Assembly: GCA_051362555.1 (NCBI GenBank)
Contig: JBPQGU010000016.1
Span: 3,410,001-3,474,000, forward strand
DNA length: 64,000 bases
Direction of reading: 5' to 3'
Source of the DNA: Lingula anatina
Taxonomy: Eukaryota > Animalia > Brachiopoda
Translations under genes and position numbers: made by a program
Shown: one piece after another, positions 54,401 through 64,000 of the stretch
Layout of the letters: every line of letters starts with the position of its first letter
Numbering within the stretch: position 1 is the first letter of the stretch
The notes under the pieces: generated by a model
What the model was told of the DNA's origin: nothing
Databases searched by the model: none
Seen by the model: only the letters and a program-made list of their open reading frames with translations

Positions 54401-57400
54401 AAGTGACCCGGGCGCGTTTCCACATTTTTTATGAATGACAGGTGTGGTAGATTGATTTCGTCACTTTTTGGAAAAATCGGAGACGGGTCGATTTTTGGTG
54501 ATTTGAGTGATTTTGAACAGTGCCGGCACTGTGAGATTTCTTCAATTTTGGCCAGGTAGTGATGAAAATTTTTTTTCTTCATTATAGTGTCAGGTAGGTG
54601 TGTTCGGTCATTTGTAGTAAGAATAAAGTGCTGGAAGAGTGGTGGTGTCAACATTAAGGAAGAAATAGAGCAAAAACTCTGTCTCTCCCCCCCCCTCTCA
54701 GATTCTGTTCTCAGAGCTTATTTTTGGATCATCTTTAAAGCTAGAATTGGGGGCCTTGATGAAGTGACCGGGCGCGTTTCCACATTTTTTATGAATGACA
54801 GGTGTGGTAGATTGATTTTCGTCACTTTTTGGAAAAATCGGAGACGGGTCGATTTTTGGTGATTTTGAGTGATTTTGAACAGTGCCGGCACTGTGAGATT
54901 TCTTCAATTTTGGCCAGGTAGGGATGAAAATTTTTTTTCTTCATTATAGTGTCAGGTAGGTGTGTTCGGTCATTTGTAGTAAGAATAAAGTGCTGGAAGA
55001 GTGGTGGTGTCAACATTAAGGAAGAAATAGAGCAAAAACTCTGTCTCTCCCCCCCCTCTCAGATTCTGTTCTCAGAGCTTATTTTTGGATCATCTTTAAA
55101 GCTAGAATTGGGGGCCTTGATGAAGTGACCCGGGCGCGTTTCCACATTTTTATGAATGACAGGTGTGGTAGATTGATTTTTGTCACTTTTTGGAAAAATC
55201 GGAGACGGGTCGATTTTTGGTGATTTTGAGTGATTTTGAACAGTGCCGGCACTGTGAGATTTCTTCAATTTTGGCCAGGTAGGGATGAAAATTTTTTTTC
55301 TTCATTATAGTGTCAGGTAGGTGTGTTCGGTCATTTGTAGTAAGAATAAAGTGCTGGAAGAGTGGTGGTGTCAACATTAAGGAAGAAATAGAGCAAAAAC
55401 TCTGTCTCTCCCCCCCCTCTCAGATTCTGTTCTCAGAGCTTATTTTTGGATCATCTTTAAAGCTAGAATTGGGGGCCTTGATGAAGTGACCCGGGCGCGT
55501 TTCCACATTTTTTATGAATGACAGGTGTGGTAGATTGATTTTCGTCACTTTTTGGAAAAATCGGAGACGGGTCGATTTTTGGTGATTTTGAGTGATTTTG
55601 AACAGTGCCGGCACTGTGAGATTTCTTCAATTTTGGCCAGGTAGGGATGAAAATTTTTTTTCTTCATTATAGTGTCAGGTAGGTGTGTTCGGTCATTTGT
55701 AGTAAGAATAAAGTGCTGGAAGAGTGGTGGTGTCAACATTAAGGAAGAAATAGAGCAAAAACTCTGTCTCTCCCCCCCCCTCTCAGATTCTGTTCTCAGA
55801 GCTTATTTTTGGATCATCTTTAAAGCTAGAATTGGGGGCCTTGATGAAGTGACCCGGGCGCGTTTCCACATTTTTTATGAATGACAGGTGTGGTAGATTG
55901 ATTTTCGTCACTTTTTGGAAAAATCGGAGACGGGTCGATTTTTGGTGATTTTGAGTGATTTTGAACAGTGCCGGCACTGTGAGATTTCTTCAATTTTGGC
56001 CAGGTAGGGATGAAAATTTTTTTTCTTCATTATAGTGTCAGGTAGGTGTGTTCGGTCATTTGTAGTAAGAATAAAGTGCTGGAAGAGTGGTGGTGTCAAC
56101 ATTAAGGAAGAAATAGAGCAAAAACTCTGTCTCTCCCCCCCCTCTCAGATTCTGTTCTCAGAGCTTATTTTTGGATCATCTTTAAAGCTAGAATTGGGGG
56201 CCTTGATGAAGTGACCCGGGCGCGTTTCCACATTTTTTATGAATGACAGGTGTGGTAGATTGATTTTCGTCACTTTTTGGAAAAATCGGAGACGGGTCGA
56301 TTTTTTGGTGATTTTGAGTGATTTTGAACAGTGCCGGCACTGTGAGATTTCTTCAATTTTGGCCAGGTAGGGATGAAAATTGTTTTTCTTCATTATAGTG
56401 TCAGGTAGGTGTGTTCGGTCATTTGTAGTAAGAATAAAGTGCTGGAAGAGTGGTGGTGTCAACATTAAGGAAGAAATAGAGCAAAAACTCTGTCTCTCCC
56501 CCCCCTCTCAGATTCTGTTCTCAGAGCTTATTTTTGGATCATCTTTAAAGCTAGAATTGGGGGCCTTGATGAAGTGACCCGGGCGCGTTTCCACATTTTT
56601 ATGAATGACAGGTGTGGTAGATTGATTTTCGTCACTTTTTGGAAAAATCGGAGACGGGTCGATTTTTGGTGATTTTGAGTGATTTTGAACAGTGCCGGCA
56701 CTGTGAGATTTCTTCAATTTTGGCCAGGTAGGGATGAAAATTTTTTTTCTTCATTATAGTGTCAGGTAGGTGTGTTCGGTCATTTGTAGTAAGAATAAAG
56801 TGCTGGAAGAGTGGTGGTGTCAACATTAAGGAAGAAATAGAGCAAAAACTCTGTCTCTCCCCCCCCCCCCTCTCAGATTCTGTTCTCAGAGCTTATTTTT
56901 GGATCATCTTTAAAGCTAGAATTGGGGGCCTTGATGAAGTGACCCGGGCGCGTTTCCACATTTTTTATGAATGACAGGTGTGGTAGATTGATTTTCATCA
57001 CTTTTTGGAAAAATCGGAGACGGGTCGATTTTTGGTGATTTTGAGTGATTTGAACAGTGCCGGCACTGTGAGATTTCTTCAATTTTGGCCAGGTAGGGAT
57101 GAAAATTTTTTTTCTTCATTATAGTGTCAGGTAGGTGTGTTCGGTCATTTGTAGTAAGAATAAAGTGCTGGAAGAGTGGTGGTGTCAACATTAAGAAGAA
57201 ATAGAGCAAAAACTCTGTCTCTCCCCCCCCCCCCTCTCAGATTCTGTTCTCAGAGCTTATTTTTGGATCATCTTTAAAGCTAGAATTGGGGGCCTTGATG
57301 AAGTGACCCGGGCGCGTTTCCACATTTTTTATGAATGACAGGTGTGGTAGATTGATTTTCGTCACTTTTTGGAAAAATCGGAGACGGGTCGATTTTTGGT

Positions 57401-58516
57401 GATTTTGAGTGATTTTGAACAGTGCCGGCACTGTGAGATTTCTTCAATTTTGGCCAGGTAGGGATGAAAATTTTTTTTCTTCATTATAGTGTCAGGTAGG
57501 TGTGTTCGGTCATTTGTAGTAAGAATAAAGTGCTGGAAGAGTGGTGGTGTCAACATTAAGGAAGAAATAGAGCAAAAACTCTGTCTCTCCCCCCCCCTCT
57601 CAGATTCTGTTCTCAGAGCTTATTTTTGGATCATCTTTAAAGCTAGAATTGGGGGCCTTGATGAAGTGACCCGGGCGCGTTTCCACATTTTTTATGAATG
57701 ACAGGTGTGGTAGATTGATTTTCGTCACTTTTTGGAAAAATCGGAGACGGGTCGATTTTTGGTGATTTTGAGTGATTTTGAACAGTGCCGGCACTGTGAG
57801 ATTTCTTCAATTTTGGCCAGGTAGGGATGAAAATTTTTTTTCTTCATTATAGTGTCAGGTAGGTGTGTTCGGTCATTTGTAGTAAGAATAAAGTGCTGGA
57901 AGAGTGGTGGTGTCAACATTAAGGAAGAAATAGAGCAAAAACTCTGTCTCTCCCCCCCCCTCTCAGATTCTGTTCTCAGAGCTTATTTTTGGATCATCTT
58001 TAAAGCTAGAATTGGGGGCCTTGATGAAGTGACCCGGGCGCGTTTCCACATTTTTTATGAATGACAGGTGTGGTAGATTGATTTTCGTCACTTTTTGGAA
58101 AAATCGGAGACGGGTCGATTTTTGGTGATTTTGAGTGATTTTGAACAGTGCCGGCACTGTGAGATTTCTTCAATTTTGGCCAGGTAGGGATGAAAATTTT
58201 TTTTCTTCATTATAGTGTCAGGTAGGTGTGTTCGGTCATTTGTAGTAAGAATAAAGTGCTGGAAGAGTGGTGGTGTCAACATTAAGGAAGAAATAGAGCA
58301 AAAACTCTGTCTCTCCCCCCCCTCTCAGATTCTGTTCTCAGAGCTTATTTTTGGATCATCTTTAAAGCTAGAATTGGGGGCCTTGATGAAGTGACCCGGG
58401 CGCGTTTCCACATTTTTTATGAATGACAGGTGTGGTAGATTGATTTTCGTCACTTTTTGGAAAAATCGGAGACGGGTCGATTTTTGGTGATTTTGAGTGA
58501 TTTTGAACAGTGCCGG
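30409..58516 (-). repeat. Satellite array, subfamily B, inverted relative to A; mostly 363-bp and 367-bp monomers (~77 copies)
   Basis: The reverse complement aligns along the whole A monomer with fixed diagnostic differences (roughly 85-90% identity by eye, not computed). Confidence 0.98.
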
Positions 58517-58599
58517 TGTACCATGAAAATTTGACTCCCCTAAAATGTGACTCCCCAGTCAGATTTTCATTATGAAAATCTGACTCCCCAGTCAGATTT

Positions 58600-59340
58600 T
58601 CATAATGAAAATCTGACTCCCCCTATGAAATTTTGACTCCCCCCCAAAAAAACATTCATTAATCTCATTTTATTTGAGTAAATGACTTTGATTTTGTAGT
58701 ATGCATAATGGATGATACATTGGCACTTTTTTGTAGTTTGCAGGTGAAAATTTTCATAAAAAAAAGAAAAATTAAAGATGTGCACATAATGAAAATGTGG
58801 TTCCCCTATGAAAATTTGACTCCCCTACAAAAAAACATTCATTAATCTCTAATTAATTTAGCATATGACTGTGATCTTATAGTATGTAAAATGGTTGATA
58901 CATTGGCACATTTTTTGTAGTTTGCAGTGAGAATTTTAATGAACAAATAAGAAAATTAAAAATGAGCACATAATGAAAATCTGACTCCCCCCTGAAAATT
59001 TGACTCCCCCTCCACAAAACTTCATACATCTTATTTTATTTTGAGTATATGACTGTGATCTTGTAGCATGTAAAATGGTTGATACATTGGCACATTTTTT
59101 GTAGTTTGCAGTGAAAATTTTAATGAAAAAATGAAAAAATTAAAAATGTGCACAAAATGAAAATCTGACTCCCCCATGAAAATATGACTCCCCCTCCACA
59201 AAACTTCATAAATCTTATTTTATTTTGAGTATATGACTGTGATCTTGTAGTATGGAAAATGGGTGATGCATTGGCACATTTTTTGTAGTTTGCAGTGAAA
59301 ATTTTAATGAAAAAATAAGAAAATTGAAAATGTGCACATG
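58600..59340 (+). repeat. Left-arm internal tandem repeat, ~4 x 184 bp
   Basis: GCAC anchor at 58782, 58966, 59150 and 59334; each unit carries ATGAAAATNTGACTCCCC-type motifs. Confidence 0.92.
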
Positions 59341-60369
59341 GTTAAAAAATTGAGGGAAAAAAGTAATAAAACACGTGAAAATAAAAATTAAGGATTTGTT
59401 TTCTAACACCCAATGGCTCCCCTATAAAAAGCTATTTATTTGATGTTTGATGATCATTCTGACAACTTTTCTTTTATGATACTTTATGAAAAAATTTATT
59501 GGAAATATTAAAAAGTTTTATGGTAAAATACTGCGTGAAAATAAATGAAAAATGGAGAATAAATTTGTATTCTTGTACTGCCACAGGTAGGACCAGGAGC
59601 ACTGAAATTTTCTAATGCTAAAAATGAAATATGAAACATTTTGACAAGGTAATCCTACAGGTAGTAAGATGAACTCCTTTCGAAAACATTCTCAATTTTG
59701 ACAAAAGTTTTCACCAAACTTTCAAATGTGATAGGACTGTGACATGCTTGGTGGTAGCTTATTCATATGTCGTAGCATTAAAGGAAAAAATATTAAATAT
59801 GAAACATTTGATTTGTAAGATGGGTCGTCAAAGTCCTATGGGCGCAAGAATGCATACTTATCCTTTTTGCTTAATTAAGCCCATCTTTCATCCAGCTTTG
59901 GGGAAAATAATGGGAAAACAAAAGGAAGTGTTTTGTTGGGTATGCTTTATAAGAAGAATTAAATAAAAAGGCGATGGGGCCAATTTCTTGTGTTAAAAAT
60001 GTAGTGTTTTGACATGGGAGTGCAAAACCTACAAGAATAAAGATGGATACTTGTTTTAAAAATATTGACCAAAATTTTCATCATCAAACTTTCAAATAAT
60101 GACAAAATATCCATCTCTATGCAAACTATGTGGAAAACAGTGGTATGGTGACTGAATATAAAATAGGTCCTTTTCTCCATGGGAGTCCAAATCTCATGGG
60201 TGTAAAAATAAAGATCTTCATGATTTCTTTTTCATGCTTTCACTATTTTATCATCAAACCTTTAAATATTTCCAATATATTTTTCATAAAGTATCCTAAA
60301 AGAAAAGGTGTTGAAATGATCATCAAATATTAAATAACTTTTTCATAGGGGAGACAATAGGCGATTAAG

Positions 60370-61300
60370 TGGGCATTTTTAATTTTGTTATTTTTTCATG
60401 AAAATTTTCACCTGCAAATTACAAAAAAGCGCCAATGTATCCTCCATTTCACATACTACAAGATCACAGTCACATACTCAAAATAAAATAAGATTTATGA
60501 AGTTTTGTGGAGGGGCAGTCATATTTTCATGGGGGAGTCAGATTTTCATTATTTGCTCATTTTTAATTTTCTTACTTTTTTCACATAATTTTTCACCTGC
60601 AAACTACAAAAAATTGTGCCAATCTATCCTCCTTTTTACATACTACAAGATCACAGTCATATACTCAAAATAAAATAAGATTAATGAAGTTTTGTGGAGG
60701 GGGAGTCAAATTTTCATGGAGGAGTCAGATTTTCATTATGTTCACATTTTTATTTTTCTTATTTTTTCATTAATATTTCCACTGCAAGCTACAAAAAATG
60801 TGCCAACGTATCATCCATTTTACATACTACAAGATCACAGTCATATACTCAAATGAAATAAGATGTATGAAGTTTTGTGGAGGGGGAGTCAAATTTTCAT
60901 GGGGGAGTCAGATTTTCATTATGTGCTCATTTTTACTTTTCATTTTTACTTTTTTATTTTTTCATTAAAATGTTCACTGCAAACTACAAAAAATTGTGCC
61001 AATCTATCCTCCTTTTTACATACTACAAGATTACAGTCATATACCCAAAATAAAATAAGATTTATGAAGTTTTATGATGGGGGAGTCAAATTTTCATGGG
61101 GGAGTCAGATTTTCATTATGTTCACATTTTTATTTTTCTTATTTTTTCATTTGAATTTTCACTGCAAACTACAAAAAATGTGCCAACGTATCATCCATTT
61201 TACATACTACAAGATCACAGTCATATACTCAAATGAAATAAGATGTATGAAGTTTTGTGGAGGGGGAGTCAAATTTTCATGGGGGGAGTCAGATTTTCAT
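60370..61300 (-). repeat. Right-arm internal tandem repeat, ~5 x 184 bp, inverted relative to the left arm
   Basis: CAGTCATATACTC-like anchor near 60466, 60652, 60836, 61033 and 61216. Confidence 0.92.
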
Positions 61301-61389
61301 TATGAAAATCTGACTGGGGAGTCACATTTTCATAATGAAAATCTGACTGGGGAGTCACATTTTCATGGGAGTCATATTTTCATGTTACA

Positions 61390-64000
61390 CCGGCACTGTG
61401 AGATTTCTTCAATTTTGGCCAGGTAGGGATGAAAATTTTTTTTCTTCATTATAGTGTCAGGTAGGTGTGTTCGGTCATTTGTAGTAAGAATAAAGTGCTG
61501 GAAGAGTGGTGGTGTCAACATTAAGGAAGAAATAGAGCAAAAACTCTGTCTCTCCCCCCCCTCTCAGATTCTGTTCTCAGAGCTTATTTTTGGATCATCT
61601 TTAAAGCTAGAATTGGGGGCCTTGATGAAGTGACCCGGGCGCGTTTCCACATTTTTTATGAATGACAGGTGTGGTAGATTGATTTTCGTCACTTTTTGGA
61701 AAAATCGGAGACGGGTCGATTTTTGGTGATTTTGAGTGATTTTGAACAGTGCCGGCACTGTGAGATTTCTTCAATTTTGGCCAGGTAGGGATGAAAATTT
61801 TTTTTCTTCATTATAGTGTCAGGTAGGTGTGTTCGGTCATTTGTAGTAAGAATAAAGTGCTGGAAGAGTGGTGGTGTCAACATTAAGGAAGAAATAGAGC
61901 AAAAACTCTGTCTCTCCCCCCCCTCTCAGATTCTGTTCTCAGAGCTTATTTTTGGATCATCTTTAAAGCTAGAATTGGGGGCCTTGATGAAGTGACCCGG
62001 GCGCGTTTCCACATTTTTTATGAATGACAGGTGTGGTAGATTAATTTTCGTCACTTTTTGGAAAAATCGGAGACGGGTCGATTTTTGGTGATTTTGAGTG
62101 ATTTTGAACAGTGCCGGCACTGTGAGATTTCTTCAATTTTGGCCAGGTAGGGATGAAAATTTTTTTTCTTCATTATAGTGTCAGGTAGGTGTGTTCGGTC
62201 ATTTGTAGTAAGAATAAAGTGCTGGAAGAGTGGTGGTGTCAACATTAAGGAAGAAATAGAGCAAAAACTCTGTCTCTCCCCCCCCTCTCAGATTCTGTTC
62301 TCAGAGCTTATTTTTGGATCATCTTTAAAGCTAGAATTGGGGGCCTTGATGAAGTGACCGGGGCGCGTTTCCACATTTTTTATGAATGACAGGTGTGGTA
62401 GATTGATTTTCGTCACTTTTTGGAAAAATCGGAGACGGGTCGATTTTTGGTGATTTTGAGTGATTTTGAACAGTGCCGGCACTGTGAGATTTCTTCAATT
62501 TTGGCCAGGTAGGGATGAAAATTTTTTTTCTTCATTATAGTGTCAGGTAGGTGTGTTCGGTCATTTGTAGTAAGAATAAAGTGCTGGAAGAGTGGTGGTG
62601 TCAACATTAAGGAAGAAATAGAGCAAAAACTCTGTCTCTCCCCCCCCTCTCAGATTCTGTTCTCAGAGCTTATTTTTGGATCATCTTTAAAGCTAGAATT
62701 GGGGGCCTTGATGAAGTGACCCGGGCGCGTTTCCACATTTTTTATGAATGACAGGTGTGGTAGATTGATTTTCGTCACTTTTTGGAAAAATCGGAGACGG
62801 GTCGATTTTTGGTGATTTTGAGTGATTTTGAACAGTGCCGGCACTGTGAGATTTCTTCAATTTTGGCCAGGTAGGGATGAAAATTTTTTTTCTTCATTAT
62901 AGTGTCAGGTAGGTGTGTTCGGTCATTTGTAGTAAGAATAAAGTGCTGGAAGAGTGGTGGTGTCAACATTAAGGAAGAAATAGAGCAAAAACTCTGTCTC
63001 TCCCCCCCCTCTCAGATTCTGTTCTCAGAGCTTATTTTTGGATCATCTTTAAAGCTAGAATTGGGGGCCTTGATGAAGTGACCCGGGCGCGTTTCCACAT
63101 TTTTTATGAATGACAGGTGTGGTAGATTGATTTTCGTCACTTTTTGGAAAAATCGGAGACGGGTCGATTTTTGGTGATTTTGAGTGATTTTGAACAGTGC
63201 CGGCACTGTGAGATTTCTTCAATTTTGGCCAGGTAGGGATGAAAATTTTTTTTCTTCATTATAGTGTCAGGTAGGTGTGTTCGGTCATTTGTAGTAAGAA
63301 TAAAGTGCTGGAAGAGTGGTGGTGTCAACATTAAGGAAGAAATAGAGCAAAAACTCTGTCTCTCCCCCCCCTCTCAGATTCTGTTCTCAGAGCTTATTTT
63401 TGGATCATCTTTAAAGCTAGAATTGGGGGCCTTGATGAAGTGACCCGGGCGCGTTTCCACATTTTTTATGAATGACAGGTGTGGTAGATTGATTTTCGTC
63501 ACTTTTTGGAAAAATCGGAGACGGGTCGATTTTTGGTGATTTTGAGTGATTTTGAACAGTGCCGGCACTGTGAGATTTCTTCAATTTTGGCCAGGTAGGG
63601 ATGAAAATTTTTTTTCTTCATTATAGTGTCAGGTAGGTGTGTTCGGTCATTTGTAGTAAGAATAAAGTGCTGGAAGAGTGGTGGTGTCAACATTAAGGAA
63701 GAAATAGAGCAAAAACTCTTTCTCTCCCCCCCTCTCAGATTCTGTTCTCAGAGCTTATTTTTGGATCATCTTTAAAGCTAGAATTGGGGGCCTTGATGAA
63801 GTGACCCGGGCGCGTTTCCACATTTTTTATGAATGACAGGTGTGGTAGATTGATTTTCGTCACTTTTTGGAAAAATCGGAGACGGGTCGATTTTTGGTGA
63901 TTTTGAGTGATTTTGAACAGTGCCGGCACTGTGAGATTTCTTCAATTTTGGCCAGGTAGGGATGAAAATTTTTTTTCTTCATTATAGTGTCAGGTAGGTG
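61390..64000 (-). repeat. Satellite array, subfamily B continued (~7 copies, mostly 362 bp; runs off the right edge)
   Basis: Resumes in register after the TSD (CCGGCACTGTGAG...). Confidence 0.98.

Larger units (their letters stand above)
58517..61389. mobile_element. Non-autonomous foldback-like TIR DNA transposon, Ginger1-like (2873 bp)
   Basis: Ends TGTACCATGAAAATTTGACTCCC / GGGAGTCATATTTTCATGTTACA; exact CCGG TSD (58513-58516, 61390-61393); ~1-kb imperfect inverted arms; no transposase ORF. TGT termini with a 4-bp CCGG TSD match the Ginger1 description as recalled, so the superfamily call is less certain than the element call. Confidence 0.88.

Noticed and set aside
58600-59340. 184-bp transposon unit as ancestor of the 362-bp satellite
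   Set aside because: The ~1:2 length ratio is suggestive, but only short A-rich words such as ATGAAAAT are shared and no collinear alignment is visible.
20529-61389. Gypsy integrase mobilising the TIR element in trans (both have TGT...ACA ends and 4-bp TSDs)
   Set aside because: Similarity is limited to 3-4 terminal bases expected from related integrases, target sequences differ (AAAN vs CCGG), and excision would need a dedicated transposase.
58600-61426. ORFs in the TIR element, including 187 aa at 60863-61426
   Set aside because: Low-complexity translations of the 184-bp repeats, no DDE motif; the longest runs out of the element into the satellite.
30480-63929. Recurrent 64/70/98-aa ORFs in array B
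   Set aside because: Chance frames that mostly begin at non-ATG codons and appear or vanish with homopolymer and TA indels.
1-64000. CRISPR array or tandem 5S/tRNA/snRNA genes
   Set aside because: No unique spacers and no recognisable RNA-gene sequence or Pol III boxes in the monomer.

Overview
Eukaryotic, probably metazoan (inferred from the element types), satellite DNA that looks centromeric or pericentromeric; no host genes. About 85% of the window is one ~362-bp tandem repeat family in two internally homogeneous subfamilies. Subfamily A (+ orientation, 1-30409) meets subfamily B (opposite orientation, 30409-64000) at a sharp inversion junction. Array A contains an intact, very young Ty3/Gypsy LTR retrotransposon (20529-26928) with 113-bp LTRs, a tRNA-Ser(GCU)-like PBS and gag-pol joined by a predicted -1 frameshift with a pseudoknot. 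Array B contains a 2.87-kb non-coding foldback-like DNA element (58517-61389; TGT...ACA ends, CCGG TSD, Ginger1-like) inserted at the centre of a B-specific 16-bp palindrome. The most intriguing signal is the integrase C-terminus (VVTRSGRTVIPPIHYC), whose R/P/aromatic spacing matches the CENP-C nucleosome-binding motif, a hypothetical centromere-targeting device. The hundreds of short ORFs in the track are satellite artefacts.
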